This document shows positions 25,465 to 38,821 of a DNA stretch of 64,000 nt, one piece after another; the stretch's first letter is position 1; each line of letters begins with the position of its first letter. The notes beneath the pieces were generated by a model, which worked only from the letters and a program-made list of their open reading frames with translations, was not told the origin of the DNA and searched no databases. A program made the translations under genes and the position numbers. Origin of the DNA: Octopus sinensis (taxonomy: Eukaryota); assembly GCF_006345805.1 (NCBI RefSeq), contig NC_042997.1, positions 91,326,001 to 91,390,000 on the forward strand, written 5' to 3'.

Positions 25465-25662
25465 TAATAATCCTTTCTGCTATAGGCACAAGGCCTGAGA
25501 TTTGGGGTGGGAGTTAGTCAATTTCATCAACCCCAGTTCTTGACTTGTTCTGAAAGGGACAAAAGGCAAAGTCAACCTCAGCGGAATTTGAACCCAGAAC
25601 ATCAAGACAGATGAAATGCTGCAAAGCATTTTGCCCAGTGTGCTAATGATTCTGCCAGCTTC
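25465..25662 (-). mobile_element. Nin-domain-like tRNA SINE
   Basis: Same family as 11855-12065. Confidence 0.75.
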
Positions 25663-25801
25663 CCAACTTACTTGGCCTCATAATAATAAAATGGCAAATT
25701 TGATTCCTATTTATTTATTGTGTTCTTGAACAGATCTCACTGCATTTCATGTTGTCTCAGTCTACACAGCTGAAAATGAGTACCAGCTGACTACTGGTGC
25801 A

Positions 25802-25802
<1 letters not shown>

Positions 25803-25860
<58 letters not shown>
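25803..25860. repeat. (CT)n microsatellite
   Basis: Read directly. Confidence 0.95.
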
Positions 25861-25863
<3 letters not shown>

Positions 25864-25987
25864 CAAGTGTTCACATTCTCAATGTTCTACAGTTGTCATA
25901 CTAGCTACCAGATCATATGCCCTTTCAAGTGATGGCTAAGCTTTATACACATACATAGATCCATATACACACACACAATCATTATGA

Positions 25988-27178
25988 TCATCATCATCAT
26001 CATCCTCCTCCTCTAAAGTTGGTTTTCCATGCTGGTTTTCTGTGATGGTTTGACAAGAGCTAGCCAGCCAGGGAGCTGTCCAGACTCCAGTTGTCTTGTA
26101 GCATAACTGATATCCTCACTGTTTGAGAGACATATTAGAAATGATCTTGTGCTAGATAACAACCATCTTTGGCTAGTTTGACCTTGTTGTGTCCACTGCC
26201 GTCAACTTCAAATATGTACACAGCACTCGTTCAGGTTTAAACTCCACGCTGTTGTGAATATTTCACCAAGGTAAACAGTTCTAGTCTACCTGAAAGAAAT
26301 TCCTGTATCAAGAGATTTGGCATGGCATTGAAACCCCAAACCGCTACACTACATGTGTCCAACCAGCATTCTGTTTCGTGACCCCAACATCTTGTTACAG
26401 AACTATTGCTATATTGTGCCTCACTTACAAACTGGTAAATTAATTCCATCTTAACTCAATATGCTGATCTTATGCTCTGTATTCTGTTTTATACGCATAC
26501 ACCTTCTGTCGCACACACAAACTTACAGACACAAAACACTTGTTGCATGCACACAGACACTCCTCTTTGCTAGCACTCACACACTCTCTCATTGTACACA
26601 TTGTAAATAAAGTTTTCTTCTCTCTCAAACAGTAGAACGGTTGTCATCCTCATTATTTCTTTTGGAACTGTATTTTATATTATGTATTTGGCTTCTTATT
26701 TTGTTAGGGGCGGCCATGTGGCATTTTAAAGGAGACATTTGTCACCAACTCCTTACATACGGTCGTATACCCTACAGTCTGTTTTGACATGGTTTCTATG
26801 GCTGGATGCCCTTCCTAAAGCCAAAAACTTTACTGTGTATGTTGGGTGTATTTTACATTCCACCAGTACGGGTGTCTTTATGCAGCATTGGCACAAGTGC
26901 ATTTTATGTGACACTGGCACGAGTGCATTTCACATGGCACCAGCACCTGTAAAAACATGCCTGTATGTATGGATGACTGTCATTTTACCTAGCTTGACAC
27001 ATTTCAATTACAACAAATCATCACAACTCCCAATCCTTTGTCATTTCCTCAGTGAGGCCCAGTGTCTGACTGTCCTTTTCACCACTTTGTCCCACGTCTT
27101 TTGGGGTCTACCCCTTCCACAGTTTCCCACCACAATTAGAGATCGGCACTTCTTTATGTAGCTGTTCTCATCCATACA
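25988..27178 (-). mobile_element. RTE LINE 3' portion split by a solo LTR
   Basis: (CAT)n tail at about 25990; the 3' UTR resumes at 26777 (GGCTGGATGCCCTTCC) and runs into the reverse GRGRP.KTW region near 27090-27120. Confidence 0.8.
26097..26776 (+). mobile_element. Solo LTR (680 bp, Gypsy-type)
   Basis: Termini TGTAG...CTACA, 4-bp TSD GTCT (26093-26096 / 26777-26780), internal AATAAA near 26606. It cleanly interrupts an RTE 3' UTR. Confidence 0.85.
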
Positions 27179-27897
27179 CATACATGTATATTAGTGAGTG
27201 GGCAAATGAAAGAAAATGTCTCTCAACATATGTGATAGAAGTTGCATGTATTGTTTAATGACAGTCCGACTTAGCTCCATGCAACTTAAAGTTTCATAGG
27301 TTCATAAAACAAACCTAGCTCATCAGGCAATTGGGATTCAAGTAACAGGAAATGAAGCAAATTCATGATGGTTTCTTGATGTTAGGCCTCTATAGGTCAA
27401 CTCAAATCATGTGGTATTATTGTTATATAGATACGCATACACACACACATGCATATATTTATATATGAGTATATACATATATACATATATATATATACAT
27501 ACATATATATGTGTGTGTGTCTGTGTACATACATACAGACACACACACACATAATTTAGTCAGTAATATGATCAGTTTGGCAATATTTTATCACATTAAT
27601 AGACAGACCCAGATGGAGCTTATTCGCCTGTTGTTGACAATCCTATAAAACAGTGAGAATATATCCTGTATTATAGCTTTATTTCATATGTTGAATGTTG
27701 TTCAAATTGAAATTCTGAAGATGTGAATGAATTCTAGTTTTATTGCATTTATTGCATGAATTGCAAAACTGTGTATGTAATATGAAATAAATAATGTTAA
27801 TTTAATTGGTATCTAGATATTTTCAACATCTCAGCAACTATACATATACCTGCTGCTTTCTCTGCTTTCATATCTTAAATGGCCATTAGGGCTACAT

Positions 27898-28098
27898 AGG
27901 AGTGGATGCTGAAAAGTTTTTGGTTTTAAGGTTGGAGGCCCAATCTGTTGAGTTTTTTTACAAGGCTTAGAAAAACTGAAGGACCACTTCAAAAAGTGCA
28001 TGAATCTGAGTGGGGAATTAGTTGAATAAAATTATAATTAACTGATCTTCCTGTATTTTATTTTACTCAAAGCCAGGAACTTTTCAGCACTCCCTCAT
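27898..28098. mobile_element. mariner-derived MITE
   Basis: TIRs GAGTGGATGCTGAAAAGTTTTTGG / CCAGGAACTTTTCAGCACTCCCTC. A related copy lies in the opposite orientation at 40192-40393. Confidence 0.7.
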
Positions 28099-28944
28099 AA
28101 TTGTTTACTTTAATAGCTGGTTCCTCTCTCATGTATACTTGTAGTAGTTCCTCTTCTTTACAAGCATTTCCCACATTTAACAGTCTCTTGTAATAACATT
28201 TTTGAACCTCTATCTTCTTATTGTTATTGAAGATAAGTGCGTTAATGTCACTCACTACCAAATGAATAGACAGAATGTTTGGACTTATCACTACTAAAAG
28301 AAAAAAAGTATAAAGTTAGATCTGAGCATATCTACTCATGATTAGGAAAGAATATTTAAAATTAGTGATTATTAATTAGAACTATAAAAATATTTTTATT
28401 ACTAAACTGAACACAATTCTTCAGTTAATTATTGTTTTAAGCTTTTCCACACATAGAAGAAAATTTCAGCCATGCACTAATGCAAAATATTTTACAGTAA
28501 TATCTTGTAATACTTTACAGAAATATCTTGTTTATGTTTCTGTGGCTGGAAAATAAGCTGTGAAATATAAAATGTTAGGGTGAGATAAAAGCAAATATTT
28601 AAGTGGCTGACACGAAAAAGATACACTTTTATTTAAGCTTAAATTTAAACAGAATATAATTTGTTTTTTTCTAAATTGAGTGTCATATAATGACAAAGAT
28701 GTATGTATGTAAAATGAGGTTGAGTATTTAGATTAATAGTTTGAACTATTTTCAGTAATATAGATAATGACTGCTTTTTTCATGTGATAACATAACATAC
28801 ATACATAAGTACTTACATACACACATAAATATGTTTATGCATACATTCATAAATACATTTAAATATACATAAAACATATATGCACACATATGTACAGACA
28901 TACATTTATTCATACATACATGCATACATTTATCTGTACTTACC

Positions 28945-29127
28945 TACCTACCTACATACATACATACATACATACATACATACATACATACATACATACA
29001 TGTATGCATACATACATACATACATACATACATACATACATACATACATACATACATGCAAACATAAAAAAATAAGTATTGCACACACACACACACACAC
29101 ACAACACACACACACACACACACACAA
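28945..29127. repeat. (TACA)n and (CA)n microsatellites
   Basis: Read directly. Confidence 0.95.
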
Positions 29128-29713
29128 ACATTTTTCTCCAATTTTTTAAAATCTAAATGCTCTCAAATATAGACTTACAATTACTTAAACTTAAAACATC
29201 ATTATTGGTATATAAATTTGTATATGTAACTGTTCAGATACTTATATTTAGACATACACACACACAAAGTATTCTTTTTTTTTTTGTAAATTCTCATATG
29301 AACTTTTATCTTTTACTTGAATAAACATTTCACTTCTATCCAGCCTGATTGTGGATCCACAAACTCAGGAGCACTTCCATATTAAGTATTATATCATATC
29401 TATGAAAAAACCCAAAGTCAGAAGTCAACAGAACAGCTGCTTGATATGTGGCCTAAATTTGTTATTATTGCTGTATATTATTTCTGCTGTAGATGTCACA
29501 CACTTTAATGCTTTTGTGAAATGGTTGTGTATTACACCTGCTTCAAAACTTTATAAAGCATAATATTTAACATTCTCCCTGTAATCCTTTTATGGATCAT
29601 TTTTGCCCTCCTGTCTTCATTTCCATTTGATATCTTCTTCATGGTCATCTTGAATAAGAGTGATGCACTGTATCATATCCAACAGTAGATAACAAAGTCA
29701 CACTAAATAATAA

Positions 29714-30150
29714 TCTATTATATAAAATCGTTCTGTCTGTCTGTCTGTGTGTATGTCTTCTAGGATCTTGGGCATTCTCCATCTAATTGCACTCAAATTT
29801 GATATGTAGATACCAATAATATCAAGGCATGTATAAGTCTTGAAAAAATGACAAAAATCGATTCCAGGTGAGAATGCGATCGATAAAGCCTGTGGGAATG
29901 TGCTTTTCTTCTGTCAGCCTGTACATAACTGCACCTTCCATTTTTTGTTGTTTTTGTACTGCTTAAATGCATGTTTCTTTCCTGCCAAGCTTACTGTTTA
30001 AACCATGTTTGTGTTCTCTCAGTCAACAGCCTTATCATTACTGGTACTTTAAACTCTTCGGTTGCATATTTATGTGAATAAAATTGTTTTTCTTTGGAAT
30101 AGAAAAAAGTCTATCTTTATTTCTTCTTTTGCTGGTGTCTCAAATTTAGG
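29714..30150 (+). mobile_element. Helitron 5' portion
   Basis: A|TCTATTATATAAAATCGTTCTGTCTGTCTGTCTG, a typical non-autonomous Helitron 5' end. The 3' end was not located. Confidence 0.5.
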
Positions 30151-30379
30151 TTAAATCAGTGTTTCTCAAAGGGGAGGCCTATGGGACAGTCGGACAAGTT
30201 GTTTTGAGAAAATTTGGTTTAAATGTTTGACAACTTAGCACTGTCCGTTTTACTCGTGATATATAATTTGAAGAAATCTGAAATTCTGTACCAGCAAAAA
30301 AGTTGCTGCTATATTATTTTTGAAAGAGTTGAAATGACAAAATGTAAGAGATGAAGGCTGTAAGCTGTGGGAGAAATTA

Positions 30380-30775
30380 TCAGGTGGTATCAAAAAGTTT
30401 TCAGACTAGTGCTGTATTGCACCAACAGATGGCAGCACGCAGTTGTGTGCACAGCAAGAGCTATCAGTGACCTTCGTGAGGCAGTGTGCCAAGTGACATT
30501 GTTGTGTTTACTTTGCATGTTGTGAAAGTTGTGGTTTTATGATCATGATCATGTAGTCTGCAATTTTGTCATGGAAAGGAACAAAGAGCCAATGTGAAAT
30601 TTTGCGTTAAACTTTGGAAGTCTGCTACAGAGACATTTAGCATGCTTTGGCGAGCTTACAGTGACTAAGCAATGGGTCATATGCAATGTTTTGAGTAGCA
30701 AGGGAACTTCAAAAGCAGAACATCCCTGGAAGACAATGAGCAATCTGGAAGATTTGTCATGAGTGTCATTCCCGA
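30380..30775 (+). pseudogene. mariner 5' end and transposase N-terminus fragment
   Basis: TIR-like CAGGTGGTATCAAAAAGTTTTCAGACT, then EQRANVKFCVKL..SATETFSML...TSLEDNEQSGR. Confidence 0.75.
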
Positions 30776-32249
30776 AAATATAGGGAAAGGAAGATGGGGA
30801 AAGGACTGAAGTGAGTGGACACAAGTAGAATGTGGTGATGTTTGGAGGATATGTTGTGGAGAAGAAATTTGGCCAGGGCACATGTATGCAGTACACTGTA
30901 TGTAGGCTGGTTTACAAGGGTATGAAGGGAGAGTAAGAGATAGGTTGGTTGAGAATACAGAGGTGGTGAACATGGGTAGGGGGAGAGTAAATGTTTAGGT
31001 TGCCTGGAGCATGAATGGCATCCTTTTCTAGACTTGATTTCACTTGATTAGACAAATCTTCTCAAGCAATAACAAATCACCAATCACCTTGGTCCTTTGT
31101 CACATTTGTGAGGCTCAACATCTGAAGATCATTTTTTACCACTTCATCCCACATCTTCTTAAGTCTTTCTCAGTTGGAGGTTGTTTAATGGTAATTATAT
31201 GTATATTCTATTTAACAGTGAAATAGTTATTATAGATTAATAGTAAGAGTTTAGGTAAATTTTTGAATGGTATAATCTCAAAATGGAGAGATCAATAGAT
31301 TAAATTTATACTTATATAATGGTATATATATATATATATATAAAGTGAGATTCAGGTAAAAACCTTGTAGAATGTTGTACAAAGCTGGACCTCAATTATT
31401 GGTTACTTGATGTCATCATGCAGTATAACTGCACCTGCTACAGGATATACTTTAGGAATTTCATAATGTCCATAGAGTATATATATATTGTCAGTAGTTC
31501 ATATATCTGAAAAAGAAGCACACTCTACAGCATTAGAGTAGTAATATATCTTTTTAGGAAGTTAAAAGTTATGGCTGGTCATAGATTGACCATTGGTTTC
31601 AAGCTATAAAGCACCTGATAGGCAACTCATCAGACTCAAATGGTTGGAGGTGTATAATCTCTCTACAATTAGAGGAAAAAATATGTAATGGTTAGATGAT
31701 TTTGTAAACAAAAAATAATTGAGTGTGCTCCTGGTAGGATGTAGTTATACCCCTTACATCAGCTCTGGTTGTGGTAATATTTGAAGGAGTTGTGGCAGGC
31801 CTTTTCAACAAATAGTGAATTCCATGTCTGAAGTAGAAAACATTTTAGATGAGGGCATTGACTGATACTTCTTTTCTAGAGTTTAAAATGGTCCCTGGGT
31901 TGAGTGATTTTTTTTAGGATTCTTGCCCTCTCTGCCAAGCAACGCTTACATTGTTTGGTCCTGTGTACATAAGTCCCTGATTGTTCAAAGAGCTTCCATT
32001 TAATTATGTATGGGTTCCTTCCTCTTTTAAGTGCCATACATGGCTGGCTTGGGACAAGTTGTTATACCTTTCTGGTACCCTTTAATGGACAATCACAGGT
32101 CCTCTTTCTTCCTCTAGTTGTAGAGAGGTTATGTGTCTTCAGCTATTTGTGTCTGACCAGACACCTATACTGCTAAGCGCTTTATGGGTGCAAAACCTAT
32201 AGTTACTCTATGACTGGTCATAACTTTCAACTTCCTAAATATATATATA

Positions 32250-32396
32250 ATAAATGGTTGATGTTAAGAAGAGCACCCAACCATAGAAATCATGCCAAAT
32301 CAGACTGGAGTCTGGTGTAGCCTTCCAGCTTGTCAGCCCTGATCAAACCATTCAACCCATGCCAGCATGGGCATTAAATGATGATGATGATGATCA
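32250..32396 (+). mobile_element. RTE LINE 3' tail fragment
   Basis: GGTTGATGTTAAGAAGAGCACCCAACC...CAACCCATGCCAGCATGG..AAATGATGATGATG. Confidence 0.8.
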
Positions 32397-33277
32397 TCAT
32401 CATTTAGCGTCCGTTTTCCATGCTAGCATGGGTTGGACGGTTTAACTGGGGTCTGTGAAGCCGGAAGGCTTCATCAGGCCCAGTCAGATTTGGCAGTGTT
32501 TCTACGGCTGGATGCCCTTCCTAACGCCAACCACTCCACGAGTGTAGTGGGTGTTTTTTACATGCCACCTGCACAGGTGCTAGACAGAGCTGGCACAACG
32601 GCCACGAACGGATGGTGCTTTTACGTGTCACCGGCACGGGGCCAGCTGAGGCTGGCAACGAACACGAGTGGATGGTGCTTTTACGTGTCACCGACACGGG
32701 GCCAGACAGAGCTGGCAAACGGCCACGAACGGATGGTGCTTTTACGTGTCACCGGCACGAGGCCAGCCGAGACTGGCAACGAACACGAGTGGATGGTGCT
32801 TTTACGTGCCACCGACACGGGGCCAGACAGAGCTGGCAAACGGCCATGAACGGACAGTGCTTTTACGTGTCACCGGCACGGGGGCCAGCCGAGGCTGGCA
32901 ACAAACACGAACGGATGGTGCTTTTACGTGTCACCGGCATGGGGGCCAGCCGAGGCTGGCAACGAACACGAGCGGATGGTGCTTTTACGTGTCACCGGCA
33001 CGGGGGCCAGCCGAGGCTGGCAACGAACACGAGCGGATGGTGCTTTTACGTGTCACCGGCACGGGGCCAGACAGAGCTGGCAAACGGCCACGAACGGACG
33101 GTGCTTTTACGTGTCACCGGCACGGGGGCCAGCCGAGGCTGGCAACGAACACGTACAGTGGTGCTTTTATGTGCCACCGACACGGGGCCAGACAGAGCTG
33201 GCAAACGGCCACGAGCGAATGGTGCTTTTACGTATCATCGACACAGGTGCCAGACGAGGCTGGCAGTGGACACGGAT
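32395..33277 (-). mobile_element. Young RTE 3' UTR containing an expanded 12-unit tandem array
   Basis: (CAT)n tail, conserved RTE 3' motifs, then the array. CpG-rich. Confidence 0.9.
32550..33277. repeat. Minisatellite of 12 x 60-61 bp with two interspersed unit types
   Basis: Constant GGTGCTTTTACGTGTCACCGGCACGGGG at 32550, 32614, 32674, 32735, 32795, 32856, 32917, 32978, 33039, 33100, 33160 and 33221. The variable half is A (CCAGACAGAGCTGGCAAACGGCCACGAACGGAT) or B (CCAGCCGAGGCTGGCAACGAACACGAGYGGAT). Confidence 0.95.
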
Positions 33278-33358
33278 ATATAATGATGATGATATGTATA
33301 TGCACACACACACACACACACGCGCACACGCGCGCGCACGCACACACACACACACACA

Positions 33359-33942
33359 CTAGCTGAATAGCCAGTCATTGCGGGGCAACTTTTATAATAA
33401 AATGTCTTATATAAATTTTTGTTTATTCCATGTCACACCATGCCTTTCCCTTCAAGACAGATTTGTGCAATTTTTCACCAAAATACTTTGTTGAGGAATT
33501 TTTCATTTTAAAATTATTTGCATGTTTGTTGAACCACTTCCCATGACTTTATTCATTAAAGCTTATTAAAACTTCAGAAGTTCTTACAACATTGGTTGTA
33601 GTAACGCTTTGCTTTCGTTTGTTTAATAAAAATTCTTCCTCTTAATGATTTTGCTTTCATTTTGTGATAGACTGCTATCATGCAGAAAATGCCAGCTTCC
33701 AAATCCTGTTTTCTGATTAGGTAACAATAATTAAACTTTTAACCTCAATAACATTTTTCCGTAATTTTTATGGAACAAATAAATAATCAAATCGGATTAT
33801 ATGTGGAAAATACTAAATTTGAAAATTTTTACATAATTTTAATCTCAAAATATGTAACAGCAACAGGGAAGACTCTACAAAAGTAAAGAGACAGACGGTT
33901 ATAAGACGTCACACACACACACACACACACACATACACACAC

Positions 33943-33980
<38 letters not shown>

Positions 33981-35201
33981 TTAAAAACGTACACACAGGT
34001 AACCATGAGTTTAAAATGGTGCATAGTAGACATATGTATGTATGCATGTATATAATGTATGTATGTGAGTGTATATGTCTGTGTGTGAGTATTTCTTTGT
34101 GATGGATAGCAGAAAAGACACCTACCCGCTCTCTGATTAATGCCACATATTCCTCACACCCACCTTTTCCCCCTTCCTGGGCATCTTAAAAGTTACCTGT
34201 GTGCATGGTTGTGTGTGCATGCATGTATCTATGTATTTATGAAAGTATGTATGCAGCATGGTGTGTATATGGCAGTTGTATTAACATTACTATCCCATTG
34301 CCACTCCATATTTGTTGCTTAGACAAGGCTGCTTTCTCCTTACCTGTCACCATATTTCTTTCACACTACTACTCTTTGCACCTTTTTTCATTTTATCATA
34401 TAATTCGCCCAACCCCACTAGGGGGAGCATTATAGATTGTTATTGAAATCCAATTAGCCTGTTATAGAACTGGATTTTAGTTTAACATGTATGGAAAGTT
34501 TGAAGATTGGTTTACTGGTTTAGGCAGTAAGATGGTGACAAACAGACAGACAGACAAAAAGACAGAAATTACCATTTATATACAAGATAAGGGACTAGTC
34601 ATCTTTGGAAGAAAATGAAAGACATTATATATAGTGTATTGTTTCAGTACGTTAGTAAAGTTTTGGTAAATATTAATATAATGATTTAAAAACAAATGTA
34701 AAAATACTTTACCTTTCACTTGTTTAACAGCTGTTGTTGTTCATATCATAAAAGTTTTGACTGAGCATATGATAGTTAATTCACTAAAGCGTATGCATTA
34801 AGTAATAGGAAGAAAGAAAAAACAAAGTATTAAAATTCCCTCTTCCCTTCAGTAAACATATTCTGTCTCCCCCATTCAGTCCCTGTCTGTTGTTCTCTTT
34901 GTCTCTCACATTCCCTGTGTCTCTGTCTTCTCCCCATCCCTGATATCAGCCACCCTCATTACGCCATCACATTCCTCTCAACCTAACACTTTTTTACTCC
35001 CTCTCATTTCATCATATAATAGCCCAACACCCGTAGTTGGCCCATTATCGGTTTTATTGAAATCCAATTAGTCTATAATTGAACTGGGTGTTAGTTCAAC
35101 ATGTATGCAAAGTTTGGTGAAGGCTGGTTTGCTGGTTTGGGCAGCAAGATGGTAACAGACAAACATACAGACAGATAGAAATTGCCATTTATATATAAGG
35201 A
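33359..35201 (-). mobile_element. Helitron remnants (one 3' end, two duplicated 5' ends)
   Basis: Minus-strand GCCCCGCAATGACTGGC..CTAG|T at 33359. Two ~150-bp copies (34438-34588, 35053-35201) end in reverse TCTTGTATATAAAATGG / TCCTTATATATAAATGG with (CTGT)n. Confidence 0.55.
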
Positions 35202-35866
35202 TATATATATATATATATATATGAAGAATTAGAGAATTAAGAGCTCAATATATATTCCCATTATGCAAATTAACAACAACATCAGTGGAATGACTGGACT
35301 CAAGGCAGAATATAACAGGAGAGAAGCAAAGAAACAAACAGAGCACAGAAGTTTGAGGCAAGGCCATTTTATATCTAAGTGGGCAGATACACATACACCT
35401 TCATATACATTCACAACAATTCTCAACATATATAATAGAAAAGAGGGAAGGAAGGAAAGAAAGGGCCAACCACAAAGTCTTGTAGACAAGACAGCTTGAA
35501 TCTACCATTCCATCAATAACAAGATGTTAGCTCAGAGACCAGGATGATGACATTAATAAGAGCAACAACGATTATGATAAAAGTACTAATAGTAGGAATG
35601 GCAACTACAGTACCGGCACTCCTGTTATGAATCAAGTTCAGAAAGGCTTATGGTCATTTAATTATCAGGTTTGTGGTATCAGCTTCAAACAAGCTGCTCA
35701 TTGACATACATACAAAGGTTGTGTTGATAAGAATATGAGTAGTGGGTGAATTGTAATATACCTCCTACCCTATCACTTGCATGCATTAGCATCACTATAC
35801 TGTACCTACGCACTCATGTACTCATATATGCACACACATATACACATACATCCACTCCCTCACATA

Positions 35867-35916
<50 letters not shown>

Positions 35917-36749
35917 GAAGATACATATATGTTCACTAAGGCCTATCAGCATGCATATTGTTACATACACATATGAACAAATATCTTAACGTCATCATGT
36001 CAAACTGCAACCACTTACTTGGGTTACATTGCTCCTTCTCCTGTACACATGTGCTTAGCTGATATCTTACACTAGTGCATACGTTCATATGTATTCACAA
36101 AACAATGATAGATTATCCAAATATATCATGTTAGTTCATCTGATCTAGTAAGTCAATAAGCCTGTTCAGTTGGCAGTTTGGGAATACATGCTACATCCTG
36201 CTGAAGAGTGTATAATTACATGCAATCTGGTTTATTATTCTGGGTGTTGGGCTTACTTGATTGAATTGTGTTCAGACTGGGTGCAACTCATAATCTAATA
36301 TCAGTTACTTCATTGTTCCTAGTCTTGCTATATAATGTGGTATTCCATGAAATGTTGTTGATGCAAGTACAGTCAGTGTGTGTATGTATACATGGGTGAA
36401 TGAGATGAGACAGGGGTTCATGCACAGGAATACGGATCAGGCTTCGAGTAGAAGGTATTTTGAATTATGATGATCTCATGTCACATGAATATTGCCATGC
36501 CAACCATATGGCTTGGTAGGGTACTAAGCATACCCCTCTGTAGTTCAGGTATTTTCCCATCCAGTAACTTCAGAAAGTTCAACTTTGTTAGGTGTGAACA
36601 GTAAATCCCTATTTTGCTATATTTATTAAGAAGGTGTTTACTATTCATCATCATCTAATTTTTTCACAGGGAACGTACTGGCTGCCTCAGACACTTGGTA
36701 AAAAGTGCCCTTGGAGGAACCTTGCAGGCCAAAATCTTTAGCAGTATGT

Positions 36750-37365
36750 CGTCTGCTGCTATGTTCTGAGTCCAAATTCCACCAAGGTCGGCTTTGCCTT
36801 TCATCTTTTTGAGCTTAATAAATTAAGTACCACTAAAACACTAGGGTCAATGTAATTGACTAGTCCACTCTCCCCAAATTTCAGGCCTTGTGCCTATAGT
36901 AGAAAGGATTATTATTATTATAATTATTAAGGTGGCAAGCTCGCAGACTTGTTAGCATGCTGGATGAAATGCTTAGTGGTATTTCACCCGTCACTACGTT
37001 ATGAGTTCAAATTTCGCTGTCATCCATTCAGGGTTGATAAGTTAAATACCAGTGAAACACTGGGGTTGATGTAATTGACTAGTCCCCTCCCCCTAATTTG
37101 AGGCCTTGTATCTCCAGTAGAAAGGATTATTATTATTTTTATTATTATTATTATTATTTATAAGGTGACAAGCTTGTAGACTCATTAACATGCCATACAA
37201 AATACTTAACAGCATTTCATCTTTATTAATGTTCTGGGTTAAAATTCTGCTGAGTTTGACTTTGCTTTTCATTCTTTTTAGGGTCAATAAAATAAGTTTG
37301 AGTTAAGCACTGAAGTCGATGCGATTGACTGTCCCCTTCCCATCAAATATCAGGCTTTCTCCCTA
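36750..37365 (+). mobile_element. Three head-to-tail Nin-domain-like SINE copies separated by (TAT)n
   Basis: Units at about 36750-36928, 36929-37160 and 37161-37365. The first two end AGGCCTTGT..TAGAAAGGATTATTATT; the third is cut where the RTE begins. Confidence 0.8.
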
Positions 37366-37395
37366 ATGAGATGGGTGATGTAGAAATGGGAGAAA

Positions 37396-38818
37396 CATAG
37401 TTGAATCACTACCGGAACTAGAAAAGAAATTTCAGGTGTGGAAGCAAGGTTTAGAATCAAAAAGCCTTAGAGTCAATGTAGCAAAGACCAAAGTTATAGT
37501 ATGTAGGAAGGTGAATTCATCACACACCCCTCAGGTAGGTGGCCCTGCTCGATCTGTAGAAAAAGTGTAGGTAGAAACTCCATAAGATGTACCCAGTGTA
37601 AGCTATGGACGCATAAGAGGTGCAGCAACACAAAAGGAAAATTAACCGAAAAGATAGCTTTCGTGTGCGGCAGATGCACAGGGGCAATAGACACCACAGA
37701 TACTCAGAAAATAGATTCCATCACACTCCAGGGGGAGAAACTAGAAGTAGTTGATAGTTTCTGCTACCTAGGTGACCAAGTTAGTAGTGGAGCTGGATGC
37801 TCAGAGAGTGTCACCAGTAGAATATGAATAGCCTGGGCAAAGTTTAGAAAGCTTCTACCCCTACTGGTGACAAAGGGTCTCTCGCTCAGAGTGAAAGGTA
37901 GATTGTATGATGCATGTGTGCTAACTACCATGCTTCACGACAGTGAAGCATGGGCTGTGACTGCGGCGGACATGCGTAGACTTGAAAGAAATGAAGCTAG
38001 CATGATCCACTGGATGTGTAATGTCAGTGTGCACAGACGACAGAATGTAAGCACCCTGAGAGAAATGCTGGACATAAGAAGCATCAGATGTGGCATTCAA
38101 GAGAGACATTTGCGCTGGTATGGTCATGTACTTCAGATGGATGAGGAGAGATGTGTGAAGAAGTGCCACTCCCAAACAGTTGAAGGAATCCGGGGTAGAG
38201 GTAGACCCAGGAAGACATGGGATGAGTTGGTCAAACATGACCTTCGAATGTTGGGCCTCACAGAGGCAATGACGAAAGACCGAGACCTGTGGAGATATGC
38301 TGTGACTGTGAAGACTTGACAAATAATGTGAGTTCATAGCTGTTTCCTGCACCAGCTTCACATCGAAGCCCCAGCCCATCCAAAGTACCTTGGATCACAG
38401 GACGACCAGCTGCGGTTATCTTTGATTGTAGGGCGACCTGCTGTGCTTGAGGAGACTTATTAATATCAAAATAAAAATCAAATGGAAATTGTAGTTGTGA
38501 TACCTGTGCTGGTGGCACATAAAAAGTACCATCTGAACGTAGCCGATGCCAGTGACTGGCTTCCGTGCTGGTGGTCCGTAAAAAGCACCAACTAATTGTG
38601 GCTGTTGCCAGCCTTCCCTGGTACCTGTGCCGGTGGCACGTAAAAAGCACCCACTACACTCATAGAGTGGTTGGCGTTAGGAAGGGTATCCATCAGTAGA
38701 AACACTGCCAGATCAGACTGGAGCCTGGTGCAGCCTCCTGGCTTCTCAGACCCTGGTTGAACTGTTCAACCCATGCTAGCATGGAAAATGGACGTTTAAC
38801 GATGATGATGATGATGAT
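37396..38818 (+). mobile_element. RTE-clade LINE, 5'-truncated, with complete 3' UTR and (GAT)n tail
   Basis: ORF 37867-38319 (KGRLYDACV..RHLRWYGHV..GRGRPRKTW), PHD-like segment at 37546-37677, closely similar to 13955-15345. Confidence 0.95.
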
Positions 38819-38821
38819 ATA

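Noticed and set aside
28880-29149. ORFs rich in HT/YIHT/CV/FY/poly-L (also 1506, 33829, 35746, 39723, 49419, 52274, 52890)
   Set aside because: Translations of microsatellites.
31330-32230. Possible ancient LINE remnant
   Set aside because: No motif could be translated convincingly by eye.
32550-33277. CRISPR-like look of a constant palindromic repeat plus ~30-nt spacers
   Set aside because: The spacers are only two recurring variants, no cas genes are present, the context is eukaryotic, and the unit is part of the RTE 3' UTR.
32612-33366. Long ORFs (223 and 232 aa) in several frames
   Set aside because: They arise from the stop-poor GC-rich minisatellite.
35530-36740. Putative small spliced ORF (MNQVQKGLWSFNYQ|GTYWLPQTLG...) using a donor near 35669 and an acceptor near 36669
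   Set aside because: No recognisable homology, weak donor, and compatible with chance.
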